The translations under genes were made by a program, and so were the position numbers. Below are positions 1 to 10,623 of a DNA stretch of 64,000 nucleotides, piece after piece. Below the pieces are notes generated by a model, which made no database searches, was not told the DNA's origin, and was given only the letters and a program-made list of their open reading frames with translations. Position 1 is the stretch's first letter. The number at the start of each line of letters is the position of its first letter. The stretch comes from a virus (taxonomy: Duplodnaviria; Caudoviricetes), in the IMG/VR virus record IMGVR_UViG_3300009095_000010, positions 60,338-124,337 of that record; one strand, given 5' to 3'.

Positions 1-822
1 ATAGTAAGTCAATGAATTATCTGTTGGGTTGAAATGCGCTTTAAGAAAACCACCTTGAGGCGTAATGGTATCAACGTTCGTTAGGAGGGTTCCGTCTCTT
101 GCCCTTGCAGGATCCTCAAGATCAAAGTATGGTCTATTGATTTTAGGAATATCAGGATCGTATTGTTCTTCTCTTGAGTCTTGAAAAATAACAAGTGCTC
201 TAGGATCAAACAAAGGACCAGCTGCATTTGTTGAAATGGTTTGTGTGTTGTCGTTTCTAGGCTTTACCCACAACACACGAGCTGGAAGAGTTCCCAAACC
301 TCTTCCCATTTGTCCTATCTGATCGGTTTCTGAAAATAGAACTTGATATTTTTCATTTGGGTTTTGGTATCCAGCATATCCATCAAAACCATCATAGCCC
401 GTTGGAACTCTTGGTCCTTGCTGGTTGTCAACAACCTGACCGGCTGTGTTACCAAAACGTTGTCCTGGACTGAATGCTTCTGCGGGCGAACCAAAAGGAT
501 AGGTTGCCTTTCCTGCGACATTATCAAGACCGTAAACTTTATCGTGTGGGTGTCTTCCAGGAACAATATTTGTTTTGTACTGCTGGGAAATAACAGGTGA
601 TGTATCTACACCATCAGTTGCAAATGCTTTTAATACGACACTGCCACTATTAGTTGGCATCTCTATTGGGCCAACAGCAACAGATGATGATATTGAAGGA
701 TCTGATCCATCAAGAGTATAAAAAATCGTTGCTGGTACATTAGAATCAAGAGTAACGTTTGAAGGTATTCCAGCTAATAATTGCAGCGGCGATTCTTTTA
801 TTGTAATTGTAATTGTAGCCAT
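1..822 (-). CDS. Partial CDS (runs off left edge) with an N-terminal Fn3-associated/chitobiase C-terminal-like domain; possible virion protein
   Basis: Not in the ORF track. Hand translation from ATG 822 gives MATITITIKESPLQLLAGIPSNVTLDSNVPATIFYTLDGSDP..., open to base 1; IFYTLDGSDP is the family signature. Confidence 0.75.
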   Translation of the reverse strand, partial: MATITITIKESPLQLLAGIPSNVTLDSNVPATIFYTLDGSDPSISSSVAVGPIEMPTNSGSVVLKAFATDGVDTSPVISQQYKTNIVPGRHPHDKVYGLDNVAGKATYPFGSPAEAFSPGQRFGNTAGQVVDNQQGPRVPTGYDGFDGYAGYQNPNEKYQVLFSETDQIGQMGRGLGTLPARVLWVKPRNDNTQTISTNAAGPLFDPRALVIFQDSREEQYDPDIPKINRPYFDLEDPARARDGTLLTNVDTITPQGGFLKAHFNPTDNSLTYY

Positions 823-842
823 GTACTTTAAATAAGCAATTA

Positions 843-1154
843 TTAGTGAACTATATCCAGAAACCTTTTATTATTTTTGTAGTTCTTGTTCTTTCTTTTA
901 CTTTCTCGATAAATACAATGAGCTGCCCTTCGCAAAATTCTTCCTATAACGAAGTAGTTGCGATTACCTGTGGTACGAAACAAAGCAAAAAATGCCTCGG
1001 ATTGATCAAGCATCATCTCTTCAGGGTACTCAAGGTGTTTACGAGCTAACACGCCAGTTCTGAGAATGTGCTTGAAAAATTTCTCCGCCCCAACATCTTT
1101 AAGTAAGGTTTCGTACTCTTCTCGAATACGTTTGGTAACTCTCATAAGCATCAA
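843..1154 (-). CDS. Hypothetical protein
   Basis: 103-aa ORF in the dominant orientation with GGAG upstream. Confidence 0.7.
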   Translation of the reverse strand: MMLMRVTKRIREEYETLLKDVGAEKFFKHILRTGVLARKHLEYPEEMMLDQSEAFFALFRTTGNRNYFVIGRILRRAAHCIYRESKRKNKNYKNNKRFLDIVH

Positions 1155-1196
1155 CTGGTTACTTACTCTCCTATGCTGATACCAATTGATGCCTAT

Positions 1197-1359
1197 TTAG
1201 TTTATTTCAAAACGGTTTCTTTTTCTATCTAACCATATAATTCTAAACAATAAGTAGCTCGATCAATCAAACAACCATCAGCAGCTAACATTCCAGCCCA
1301 ATAAAATGAAAGCTCATTATCTTTTGAAAAGAAAGATTCATTGAATGGTATTTTTTCAT
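1197..1359 (-). pseudogene. Remnant of a LAGLIDADG homing endonuclease (frameshifted, internally deleted)
   Basis: ATG overlaps the kinase stop (MKKY), then FNESFFSKDNELSFYWAGMLAADGC in a shifted frame, then WLDRKRNRF typical of the family C-terminus. Confidence 0.65.
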
Positions 1360-2021
1360 AGTGAGTTAGCAAACCTATCAATAATACTTTGTAAGTCATC
1401 AAGTGTTCCTGTATTCTGAACAACAAGATCAAACTGGTCGTCTGGTATTGATTCCATTTCAATTTCAGATTGATGCTTTCCAAAATCGCCTTGTAATCCA
1501 GCCCCAGGGCGAATCACTCGTACCAATTTACCACCAGCTTCTTTGATGAATTGAATTTCGTTTTTGAAACGAACATCAGCAATTACAACAGCTTTAACTT
1601 GCTCAGGGAATCCTTCGACTGTTTCAAACTCACCTTGTGGGTATTGTGAAATGTAAGGCTGCAATCCAATAGATGGGGAGTAACACCACTCTTTCTTTGT
1701 TGTCAGAAGCACTGTTGAAATCTTAATTGCATACCGAATCCAAACATCATAATCCAAGGCGCGACCACCCTCGGTACCAAGATGTTGTAATACTTTCCTT
1801 GCTGTAAGGAACTCGTCCCCAATTGGATACCTTTCATCTGGTCTGTTTCTATTTTCACTCGAACCCCAGAGCTGTTCATCTGAAAAATCCCAAAGCTCTT
1901 TTGAAAATCGTTTGATGGGATCAGCTAGAGAAATCTTTATGAATCCATCTTTAGCCAATAACATATCAGCTGCCGTGTCTTTACCCGAACCGGCTTGTCC
2001 GCTTATACCAATAATATTCAT
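1356..2021 (-). CDS. Deoxynucleoside monophosphate kinase
   Basis: P-loop GQAGSGKDT, ADPIK, RKVLQHLGTEGGR, DVRFKNE, HQSE motifs of T4 gp1/T5-like dNMP kinases. Confidence 0.9.
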   Translation of the reverse strand: MNIIGISGQAGSGKDTAADMLLAKDGFIKISLADPIKRFSKELWDFSDEQLWGSSENRNRPDERYPIGDEFLTARKVLQHLGTEGGRALDYDVWIRYAIKISTVLLTTKKEWCYSPSIGLQPYISQYPQGEFETVEGFPEQVKAVVIADVRFKNEIQFIKEAGGKLVRVIRPGAGLQGDFGKHQSEIEMESIPDDQFDLVVQNTGTLDDLQSIIDRFANSL

Positions 2022-2065
2022 ATTACACCTACCTTGACGGCACGCTAAACCCCTGACGCTCTTTT

Positions 2066-2658
2066 TTAGAAATCCTTATACCTATGCGGTAACTCATTGA
2101 TAAATATCCAGTGTGCAGATGCATATCCAAAATCACCTACAGGTGCTTTAGCAACCTCTTCTCCAGTAGCAAAACCACAGAATGAATATGTTCTATCATC
2201 CCAAAACTTAACTGCGGCATACTGATCTAGTTTTTTGAATTCACTAATCTTTACCAACATTCTACAACGCTGTACATTACTATCTGGTGGAATGGCTTTA
2301 ATCTCAATACTCTCTCCACACACCTCGGCATCCCAATCTGGAAGTTCAGATATATTTTCAGTATAAAGTGGTACAAACTTAGACCACCTTTCTAATCCAA
2401 TCTCTTTTACGCGCTCTCGAAATGCTATTTGTCCCAACGATCCGAAAATTTCATCAGCATATTCACCCTTGTTTGGGTCATACCAATGTTTTTTGACCCA
2501 AACCCTGCATGAAATTGTCTTCGGGCTTTCGCAGTTTCAATTGCTTCTTCAAACCAAATATCTTTGATAGTATGAATCAGAAATTTTTTACCCCTATAAA
2601 CTATAAGATCCTGAACAAACGTTGGATTATATCTTTCATAGCTTTGTAATTCAGACAC
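2066..2658 (-). CDS. PD-(D/E)XK-like protein, probably one gene split by a frameshift near 2437
   Basis: GQIAF...PDWDAEV...IEIK; two track ORFs overlap out of frame; probable GTG start at 2658. Confidence 0.45.
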
Positions 2659-3406
2659 TTTTCTCTCTTTGAAAATTCCAATCACGCCAGCCGCCGTATC
2701 TAATTCGAGTGCTAAGAACACTTTCGATAAGCTCACCAACACCATCTGGAATACTTCTAGCAGGACCAGAGTAGCTATAAGTTCCATCCACTCCACAGTC
2801 CCAAGAGTTTTCTCCTTTACCCTGATGTGGGATTGGTTCCTCTAACTCAATGTCTATGCTCTTTTGAACCTTAGAAAACCATCTTGGACGAGACCAAGTA
2901 TCCAAACACAGTTTAGCTTTAGCTTTGTAAGAACGCTCAGGCATAGGAACCTCTACATCCCTGGACTCAAGAACTTGTCGAGAGTACTTTGGCTTACCCA
3001 GCAGACCATCAATTACATTGATTGTAGTTGACCACCACTTAGGATCGTTTGAATCCCACTCCATAGGATCTTTCCAAAGGTCAATCCAAATAGATCCGTC
3101 ATGGACAGCGACACCTATGGTGCGTCCATTTCCATAACGTCTTTCTTTTCTTTTTGTTTTTTTCTGTATGAAATTAGATAGTTTGTAATTCTCATACGAC
3201 AAATACAAACTAAACAAACCAACACCTACAGAAAACTGAACAGCCTCATCATGTGTACCAAGCTCAACTCTAAGCTGATAATTACCAGAAGGTACAGCCC
3301 ACTCAGCTCTGAAAGAGCCCAACCAACATCTTCCGTGTTCCAAGTACTTCTTAGGAGTACTATCATTTAAATCTTGATAATGAAATCTCATATTACCACG
3401 TTCCAA
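2651..3406 (-). CDS. Hypothetical phage protein
   Basis: 251-aa ORF; GKGENSWDCG motif. Confidence 0.75.
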   Translation of the reverse strand: MERGNMRFHYQDLNDSTPKKYLEHGRCWLGSFRAEWAVPSGNYQLRVELGTHDEAVQFSVGVGLFSLYLSYENYKLSNFIQKKTKRKERRYGNGRTIGVAVHDGSIWIDLWKDPMEWDSNDPKWWSTTINVIDGLLGKPKYSRQVLESRDVEVPMPERSYKAKAKLCLDTWSRPRWFSKVQKSIDIELEEPIPHQGKGENSWDCGVDGTYSYSGPARSIPDGVGELIESVLSTRIRYGGWRDWNFQREKSV

Positions 3407-5534
3407 CTAATCTTGCTTCTGCTCCATCCTCTCCTTCTTCTACAAGGATTGCATGAGAGAACTTATCTTTTAAATCTTTGTTGTGCGTAATTACAAATAT
3501 AGTAAAATCTTTTTGCCATTTACGTATGGCATCTGCGAACGCATCAACACCAGCATCATCTAGATGAGAATCTACCTCATCAAACTCAAGCATACGAATA
3601 TCAATACCTAGACGTTTCTGAATCACACGCGCAGTGCCTCGCTTAAAAGCAAGAGCAATATATACATGTTGTCCATGTGACAACTGAGCATAATCTCTCT
3701 CGACTCCGTTTCTCCTGTAAGTGAAATTCAGATCGGAATCAATTTGAACATCTAACTCAGGACGTAACTCTTTTAGTGCAGAATTGGCCTCAAACTGAAG
3801 CTCATCTAGAACAGTTTGAATAATAAAGCTTGGAATGCCCCTATTACTAAAAGCATCAACTACCATTTGTGATATTTTAAGTTCACGCCTAACTTTTTGA
3901 AGATCACTAGAAAGATCAGTTAACTTTTCTTTGTCTTTCTTTCTATTAGATATACGCTCTTCAAGCCCACCACGAACAGAGCTTAGACTTGAAACTCTGT
4001 TGTTCAGCTCGGTTATCGAATCTTGAAGTTGAGATATGCTTTGATTTAATTTGATAATCTTATCATTTATTGCTGGCGCGTCTGATTTACCAGCAGATTC
4101 ACGTAACGTTTCAAGATGTTCAGAAACTTCTTTAACTTGATTCTCATCACTGTTTAGTTTGTTGGTTGTTTCTTTTTGATCGTTGTACAATCTAGAGACA
4201 TCTTCCATCCATGATTTCTGATTCTCTTTCATGTTTTTGATTTTGATTTCAAGCTGCTCAATACGATTCGTACGCTCTCGCTCAGAGCGAAGAGTTGCGT
4301 CTAACCTCCCCTTCTTTTTTTTGCATTTATTAAGAGCATCTTCATAAAAATCAATATCAACCTGAAGCTTCTTGAGTTTTAAATTCACATCATCAGACAT
4401 CTTCTGACGATACTCGGAAGTAATACTCTGATGACATGTCGGACATTCATCACTATCTGGAAGAGACTTTTGAGTCAGATTCATTTGTGCCTTGATACCA
4501 GCAAGAATCTCGGATCCTTTTACCTCATCACGGCTGACTTTATCTAGCTTTTCTTGTAGGTCTTTAACATCAACAATAGGCTCAATGGTAAGTTTATCCA
4601 AATCTCTTTGTGATGTTTCAATATTTAAAACACCATCGGATATTGAAAGCTCTTTTGTTTTTATAAGCGCTGACAGATCGGTCAGCCGCTTATCGTGAGA
4701 CTTGACATTCTCCTTCAACTTCTTGAGAATACTTTCCTTCTCGGATAATTTTTTATGTATATCGATATCCTGCTGACCTAAAGATTGCTTTAAATCATCT
4801 ACAGCTAATCGCTTTTGCTTAAGCGAATCTTCTGCTACAAGAATTTGATTTTTATGATTCTCTATAGATTCAGCAGTCTCTATTAAATCTAACTCAGCCT
4901 TCTTTATATCAACATCAGGATCTCCAATTACAGCAATAGATCCTTCAATAGAATCAATCTTTCTTTTAAGCGGCCTACGCTTATCAACAGCCATCTCTTC
5001 AAGCTTGGTGTATGTACTTAGGTTCAGCGGCTCTTTGAGAATCTCTTTACGCTTCTTAGGATCCTCAACAGAAGTGATTCCAGTTAGATCCGCCTGTCTA
5101 AAAAGAACAGAATATGTAAATGCTTTATGAGATATCTTGATCTTATTTCGTATCAGCGTATCTGTAGCTGTTGGAGTTCTTTCAGAGATTGATTCGAACT
5201 CATTGTTTATCTTCTTATACAGACGAACATCCGCTGAACCTGTTGCTGTTCTGTGTCTATAAATACGATAGATTTCTCCAGCCAACTCGAAATCAAACTC
5301 AACAACGGCTTTTTTCTTACCGTCACGCACAATCTTATCCAACGTAGTTGCATGAGACTGATTGAACAAAGCATACTCTATAGCTCGAAAGATTGTTGTC
5401 TTACCAACGCCATTGGATATGCGATCATTCTTTTTGTTCTTACCAACAATCAAAACGCTCTGGAAATTGGTACAATCAATTTCCGTCTGGCGGTGATTCA
5501 TGAAGTTCTTTAAGAAAACTCTTAGTGGTCTCAT
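3393..5534 (-). CDS. sbcC: SbcC/Rad50 (gp46-like) ATPase
   Basis: Walker A NGVGKT, coiled coils with CPTC zinc hook, LSHGQ signature, DEVD Walker B, ITH. Confidence 0.95.
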   Translation of the reverse strand: MRPLRVFLKNFMNHRQTEIDCTNFQSVLIVGKNKKNDRISNGVGKTTIFRAIEYALFNQSHATTLDKIVRDGKKKAVVEFDFELAGEIYRIYRHRTATGSADVRLYKKINNEFESISERTPTATDTLIRNKIKISHKAFTYSVLFRQADLTGITSVEDPKKRKEILKEPLNLSTYTKLEEMAVDKRRPLKRKIDSIEGSIAVIGDPDVDIKKAELDLIETAESIENHKNQILVAEDSLKQKRLAVDDLKQSLGQQDIDIHKKLSEKESILKKLKENVKSHDKRLTDLSALIKTKELSISDGVLNIETSQRDLDKLTIEPIVDVKDLQEKLDKVSRDEVKGSEILAGIKAQMNLTQKSLPDSDECPTCHQSITSEYRQKMSDDVNLKLKKLQVDIDFYEDALNKCKKKKGRLDATLRSERERTNRIEQLEIKIKNMKENQKSWMEDVSRLYNDQKETTNKLNSDENQVKEVSEHLETLRESAGKSDAPAINDKIIKLNQSISQLQDSITELNNRVSSLSSVRGGLEERISNRKKDKEKLTDLSSDLQKVRRELKISQMVVDAFSNRGIPSFIIQTVLDELQFEANSALKELRPELDVQIDSDLNFTYRRNGVERDYAQLSHGQHVYIALAFKRGTARVIQKRLGIDIRMLEFDEVDSHLDDAGVDAFADAIRKWQKDFTIFVITHNKDLKDKFSHAILVEEGEDGAEARLVGTW

Positions 5535-6742
5535 TGTAGATACTTATCCTCATAAGCTAAACGAACTTCATGAGCAGCTGCTTTGAATTCTTCGCGTTCC
5601 TGATCGTTTTCAAAATGGGCCCTTGTCTCGGCCCATTTGTTGATTGTATCTCCAATCTCCATTGTGTTATCAAACAAATCTTCAGGATTGATTTCTATTG
5701 ATGATAGAGTTCTCACCTCCGAGAACCCACAGATATGATGAACGTTAAGATTGTTCAAGAGATATGAATGAACCTTATCCCTATCAACATTCTCTAATTC
5801 CGCCCCTGTAAGTTGAATATCTAAACGAACAAGATTGGACTTCAGATCTAGCTTCTTAGATAGAAGACAAAGTTCGTTTATTACAAACTCAGTTGACTCT
5901 TTGCCTGGAGGTACATCTATTTTGATTGGTCTCAGGTTTCTAGTTGGAATAGTCAACTCATGAAACTTAGGTGTTGCTTTTGAGTCTAAGGCAATGGCTA
6001 TCTTGTTATGCTCAAGCTCTGTCTTAGAGAAATCAGATCTGTCTAGACTTCCAATATGAGCTACATACGGGTTTTTCTGAAGTACTTGAGGGTGATGAAT
6101 GTGACCCATCCAAACATAATCAAACCATGCAAACATCTCTGTTGGAACATAAAGTTCGTTTAAATAATCAGAAATCTCATCACCAACAGAAAGAGATCCT
6201 TCTATGGCAAGATGACCAATACAAATCTTTGGCTTCTTGGAAGGTTCTTTAATTACAACCGACAGCTCTTGTTCAAGCTTCTTGAGAGCATCTTCCTTAG
6301 AATCAACCTCATACATTCTCTTATCTCTAAAAGGAACAAGAACAATGGTAAAATCATCAAGCTCTATTCTTGTTACATTTTTATAAACAGTAGCTCCTTC
6401 AAGCTCCAATTCCGAAACCAAATCCAAAGCTGATACTACATACTGGCCGCTACGAAGAATATCATGATTACCCATTACAATATGAACCTGTACGCCGCCA
6501 CGCTCACACTTCTTGAGCCAACGCATAAAGATTCCAATAACAGCTGGGTGCGGTCTAAAATCTTGGTAAACATCACCTGTCAGTACAATATGTTTAATAC
6601 TTCTTGACTTACATTCGTTATAAGCCCAATCCAATAAATCTACTTGATCTTGTATACGAGAATTTAACTTTCCAAGCTCAGCTGGTTTGCCCATAGAAAT
6701 TCCACGACCTATATGAAGATCACCCAGTATAAGTACACTCAT
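5531..6742 (-). CDS. sbcD: SbcD/Mre11 (gp47-like) nuclease
   Basis: GDLHIG, GDVY, GNHD, GHIH motifs; overlaps sbcC. Confidence 0.95.
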   Translation of the reverse strand: MSVLILGDLHIGRGISMGKPAELGKLNSRIQDQVDLLDWAYNECKSRSIKHIVLTGDVYQDFRPHPAVIGIFMRWLKKCERGGVQVHIVMGNHDILRSGQYVVSALDLVSELELEGATVYKNVTRIELDDFTIVLVPFRDKRMYEVDSKEDALKKLEQELSVVIKEPSKKPKICIGHLAIEGSLSVGDEISDYLNELYVPTEMFAWFDYVWMGHIHHPQVLQKNPYVAHIGSLDRSDFSKTELEHNKIAIALDSKATPKFHELTIPTRNLRPIKIDVPPGKESTEFVINELCLLSKKLDLKSNLVRLDIQLTGAELENVDRDKVHSYLLNNLNVHHICGFSEVRTLSSIEINPEDLFDNTMEIGDTINKWAETRAHFENDQEREEFKAAAHEVRLAYEDKYLQ

Positions 6743-6930
6743 TAACTATTTTCCTTGAAATATTTATCAATCAAATCAATAATGAAAATTTCAGCATTAT
6801 GCCTTTGACTGAGAATCTCTCTAACCCTATTGAGATGTTTGCACCAATTATTTTCTTCTAATAATTTATCGTCAGCCATTTCAAATGTTTTGGTTACAAG
6901 TGAAACAAGTTCGTCTCTAGACATTTCCAT
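6742..6930 (-). CDS. Hypothetical protein
   Basis: 62-aa ORF coupled to neighbours. Confidence 0.65.
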   Translation of the reverse strand: MEMSRDELVSLVTKTFEMADDKLLEENNWCKHLNRVREILSQRHNAEIFIIDLIDKYFKENS

Positions 6931-7555
6931 TTATCAAATCCTTAACCCTATCAAATCTGTATCTAAGATCGTCAGCTTTGATTTGGTTTGATGGCATCTT
7001 CATCATGTAGAAATCAAGCCACCAAATAAGCTTCTCAATCTCTTGTAACTTTTTAGAATCATGTTTATGATTTTGAATTTGTTCCTGTAGAAACTTAGAA
7101 CCATCTAAAAAAATCGGAGCTAGATCATCTTCATAATCTTCACCATAATCTTTTAAGTCTGTAGATACATCATCCCCGTATTGGGAAAGAATTCTTTCAG
7201 CAACAGAAGTTCTTGTTACGCCTTCGTAAGCAGCAATAAACTCAACTGCTCGACCAGTAAAGTTACAACCAAAACAATGGGCATGATCTCCAATAAAGTT
7301 ATACCCAAATGATGGTGTCCTCTCCTTAGCGCCTTTATGAGACGGCAGAGGACATGTAATATTGTTACTCCAACTTGGTCTTTGATAGTTCTTATCTATT
7401 TTGAAACCATAGTGTCGAAGTATATCTAGTAACCTAACCTTCTTATTTGCGTTCTTTATGTGAGCAAACTTTTCATCAAAGTTTCCAGAACTTGAATCTT
7501 GGCTGTTACTACCGCTTCCGGTATTGGGTCCGGTTCTATTTGAAACTTTACGCAT
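6917..7555 (-). CDS. Stand-alone CHC2 primase-type zinc-finger protein
   Basis: CPLPSH...ERTPSF...HCFGC; no TOPRIM domain. Confidence 0.8.
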   Translation of the reverse strand: MRKVSNRTGPNTGSGSNSQDSSSGNFDEKFAHIKNANKKVRLLDILRHYGFKIDKNYQRPSWSNNITCPLPSHKGAKERTPSFGYNFIGDHAHCFGCNFTGRAVEFIAAYEGVTRTSVAERILSQYGDDVSTDLKDYGEDYEDDLAPIFLDGSKFLQEQIQNHKHDSKKLQEIEKLIWWLDFYMMKMPSNQIKADDLRYRFDRVKDLINGNV

Positions 7556-7634
7556 AGCCCTTTGTAAGAAAGCAAAGACTCCTTCTCTTCATTAATCATT
7601 TTGATTATTTTAGATCTGAGTTCGCTTCTTTCCA

Positions 7635-8168
7635 TTAGGAACCTGCGGGATGGGTCACACTCGACGTGTTTCTTTTCTTTAGCTCACGCTTTAACTGTTC
7701 AAGTTCATACTCTAGAACATTTATTCTATCACGATAAATGAGAAGAACCTTGGTAACGGCACTAAGAAGAATAACAGATCCTTTTCCATTATCCTCTTCA
7801 TTCTCATCGTTGTTTAAATCAAGAGCAAGTTGAATAATCTTTTGCCTGATTTCTCTCTCTACATCATCACCAATACTTCCACGATTATGAGGGAGCGTTT
7901 TATCTTCCGACATCCTCATGTAGTTAGAGATTGTATCAAGGGTTGAATTTCCAGTATCAACATGATACTTCACAGTCTGCTCTGCACGCTGCTCAAACCT
8001 GCGCATGTATTCTTCGCGCTCCTTCTTCTCTTGAGCAGCCTGTTCCGCAGCTTTGTTCTTTAGTTTAACTCCGCGAGTTGCGACAACTTCTTTATCAACA
8101 TTCTGAAAACCCATTGATTTAGTTGGGTCTCTTGGAGCAACTACTGGTGGTTCAAATCTATTACGAGG
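7635..8168 (-). CDS. Hypothetical coiled-coil protein
   Basis: ORF track; likely start near MPRNRF. Confidence 0.7.
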   Translation of the reverse strand, partial: PRNRFEPPVVAPRDPTKSMGFQNVDKEVVATRGVKLKNKAAEQAAQEKKEREEYMRRFEQRAEQTVKYHVDTGNSTLDTISNYMRMSEDKTLPHNRGSIGDDVEREIRQKIIQLALDLNNDENEEDNGKGSVILLSAVTKVLLIYRDRINVLEYELEQLKRELKKRNTSSVTHPAGS

Positions 8169-8547
8169 CATCCTGTTCAATCTCCACAATCAATCTCTTC
8201 TCCCCGGGGACAAGAGGTTCATGTGGTCCTATAACATCTCCGCCAATTTTTGTTCGAACAGAAGATATTAAATCAGAAGCAAGAGACTCGATAACATCAC
8301 CGATAGCTTTCGCATCTGCTGTTTTACCAAAATAATCTTGTGTTCTAATTGCCGCAGCCCAAATCAAATTCTCTACATCCGCTTGTAAATCATCTGATGA
8401 ATAAACATATTCCTCCAGGTCATCACGCAAAGGGTTATTATTTACCTGATGATTGATTTGACTCGCAACCTTATCAAACCCCTGAAAGCTTGCCTCTTGC
8501 GCCTGAGCCTCTAATCTCTTTTTAAGATTTTTCGAAATTGTTCGCAT
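8161..8547 (-). CDS. Hypothetical protein (possible virion protein)
   Basis: 128-aa ORF coupled to neighbours. Confidence 0.7.
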   Translation of the reverse strand: MRTISKNLKKRLEAQAQEASFQGFDKVASQINHQVNNNPLRDDLEEYVYSSDDLQADVENLIWAAAIRTQDYFGKTADAKAIGDVIESLASDLISSVRTKIGGDVIGPHEPLVPGEKRLIVEIEQDAS

Positions 8548-8813
8548 TATTCATCTCCATAGAATGGTGTTCCAGCCATCATCTCATCTACTTCCATATA
8601 ACCATAATTGTGCGTGGACCTGTCCTTTGGACTAACATATCTCTGGCGTGGGCCATTCTGATTGAAAATTTTTGCCAAAGGAGTTTTAGAACTATCGATT
8701 TTGCCATCAAGAATCATCTCAATGATATGGAAAAGTCTTTGACGCCTCTCAGTTCTTAGGCGCTTTTCCATTTCGTTTTCAGCCTCTGATAGTTCCTTGT
8801 TTGGTTCACTCAT
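8547..8813 (-). CDS. Hypothetical protein
   Basis: 88-aa ORF. Confidence 0.7.
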   Translation of the reverse strand: MSEPNKELSEAENEMEKRLRTERRQRLFHIIEMILDGKIDSSKTPLAKIFNQNGPRQRYVSPKDRSTHNYGYMEVDEMMAGTPFYGDE

Positions 8814-8827
8814 GCATTTATACTGCG

Positions 8828-9169
8828 TTATTCCACACGCCTAAAGCCACCCTTCTTGGGATCTCCATTAAGCTTAGGGTTTTCATTTCCGTAAGCTGCA
8901 TTCTCTTTCTCTTTGAGAATTTCATCCATACAAGCAACAACAGCTTTGCCAATAGCATCTGGAGTCATACCCTGAATGACCCGATACTTAATATCTTGGT
9001 AAATGGCCGTCTTCTCTTCACTTGTTAGGGCAAAGGAAACCTTTTTAGGCTCTAGTAGTTCATCTTTATCAACCGTAATTTGAAGGCCTTCTTCCGAGTA
9101 CCCTCTGCGTTCCAAGTCTGTTAATTGGCCGGTTGCCAACCTCTGTACAATAGTTCCTTTTCCACTCAT
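8828..9169 (-). CDS. Hypothetical protein
   Basis: 113-aa ORF with ATGA overlap. Confidence 0.7.
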   Translation of the reverse strand: MSGKGTIVQRLATGQLTDLERRGYSEEGLQITVDKDELLEPKKVSFALTSEEKTAIYQDIKYRVIQGMTPDAIGKAVVACMDEILKEKENAAYGNENPKLNGDPKKGGFRRVE

Positions 9170-9408
9170 GCTATTCCTGATTGTGAATTAAAAGCATTGA
9201 TTTGTTCCCGAATCAAGACTGGTGAGAATAACCTTTCAGCTTCCCTTGCTGATAAAACATACTCACTTGTTGCCATATCGATCTTGTTTTGGGTCTCCAG
9301 GGTCAGACCATCTGGCCCGGTTTTACCAAGCTCTTCCTCAAGAATATGCAGAGTTAACGCATTCACATAAAGATCGATTATAGATGGGTGAATAAAATAG
9401 AACTTCAT
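9166..9408 (-). CDS. Hypothetical protein
   Basis: 80-aa ORF coupled at both ends. Confidence 0.7.
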   Translation of the reverse strand: MKFYFIHPSIIDLYVNALTLHILEEELGKTGPDGLTLETQNKIDMATSEYVLSAREAERLFSPVLIREQINAFNSQSGIA

Positions 9409-9866
9409 TATCCAAATTTCCTAGACCGCACTGAACTTAAACTAACCTTTCTTTCTTTTCTTTCAATCTCTTTTGTACCTCTAACAAAAGAAATCTCCTC
9501 TTCTTCTGATGGTTGTTTGTCCATATTATCCGGAACAAGGATCAGCTGTGCGTACATGCCACAGGGCTTATGCATGTGCATAAATCTTTCAATTAAATGA
9601 TATTCATGATCAGTCCAAAGTCTTTTGAACTTTTGATCAAACTTGTCTTGCAGATTGTAAACCAAATGCCTAATAGCATTTTGATCCAGCATTGGCCTAT
9701 CAAAAAGCTTTACAACATCTAAATAGTCTAAAACACCATCTATATTTACCAAAGAGTCATCAAGTTTCAGAATACGATTCTGAACAGAGGGACAGAGAAC
9801 AAACCCATTCTCCGTCCTACCATAACAGCCTAATACTAGATAAGCATTTTCCTCCACTGATACCAA
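9408..9866 (-). CDS. Hypothetical protein
   Basis: 152-aa ORF. Confidence 0.7.
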   Translation of the reverse strand: MVSVEENAYLVLGCYGRTENGFVLCPSVQNRILKLDDSLVNIDGVLDYLDVVKLFDRPMLDQNAIRHLVYNLQDKFDQKFKRLWTDHEYHLIERFMHMHKPCGMYAQLILVPDNMDKQPSEEEEISFVRGTKEIERKERKVSLSSVRSRKFG

Positions 9867-9884
9867 CGCAATTCATCGTCTTAA

Positions 9885-10196
9885 TTAGTCCTTTGGAACA
9901 ATCCTGACGACAGTATACAACGACTGTTGATTTATCTCAAATCTCTCTCCGGCCCCTAATCGAACTCTATTTAAAGATTCTTCTAGAGCAGGAAGAACCG
10001 CTGCTGACTTCAATGTTAGATGTAAAGAATCGGGAACAGCAACTTCCAATTTCTGCTCCCTCTTTACATGATCTGAAACCACTTGATTGGGCAGGGCATA
10101 AATTTCGATAGGAGCGTTCTTAATCTTCTCCCAAATTTTGGCTGCCTTTGTTTGTTCCGCAACCTTATCTACATCTGCGCTTTTTCTTGCTACCAT
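9885..10196 (-). CDS. Hypothetical protein
   Basis: 103-aa ORF, AGGAG upstream. Confidence 0.7.
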   Translation of the reverse strand: MVARKSADVDKVAEQTKAAKIWEKIKNAPIEIYALPNQVVSDHVKREQKLEVAVPDSLHLTLKSAAVLPALEESLNRVRLGAGERFEINQQSLYTVVRIVPKD

Positions 10197-10220
10197 AATC
10201 TTACTTCTCCTAAAATATTT

Positions 10221-10514
10221 TTAAGCAGCTATCTCTTTGGTCACATCCCTGAGAGATTTCTTCAAGGCATCTACCATAACACTGCCAACTAATCGGGTGA
10301 CTTCCTCACCGTCCCTGAATACTATAACAGTAGGTACGCTTCTGATCTTATAATCTTTTGCCAGATCTGGATTATCATCTACATCAACTTCTTGAAAACT
10401 AACTGTTGGGAAATCAGGCTCTACTCTTTTGAGTGTTTTGTTCAAAACCTTACATGGAGCACACCATGTTGCGGCAAATTTCACAAGACTAATTCCGTTA
10501 TTGATATTCAGCAT
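10221..10514 (-). CDS. trxA: Thioredoxin
   Basis: WCAPC active site, VDVD, SVPT cis-Pro. Confidence 0.95.
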   Translation of the reverse strand: MLNINNGISLVKFAATWCAPCKVLNKTLKRVEPDFPTVSFQEVDVDDNPDLAKDYKIRSVPTVIVFRDGEEVTRLVGSVMVDALKKSLRDVTKEIAA

Positions 10515-10587
10515 TAAACTCTCCTTAGTATATAAGATATTCTTTCATTATAAAGTCTTGCAAAAAACTTGCTAACATAAGAAAATA

Positions 10588-10623
10588 TAAGACCTATAGC
10601 TATTTAAATAGCTATAGGTCTTA
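10588..10623. terminator. Perfect 36-bp palindrome; probable terminator hairpin
   Basis: TAAGACCTATAGCTATTTAAATAGCTATAGGTCTTA at the 3' end of ORF 10621-10854. Confidence 0.6.

Noticed and set aside
1356-2021. CoaE completing the CoA pathway
   Set aside because: Motifs fit phage dNMP kinase better and the gene is 52 kb from the cassette
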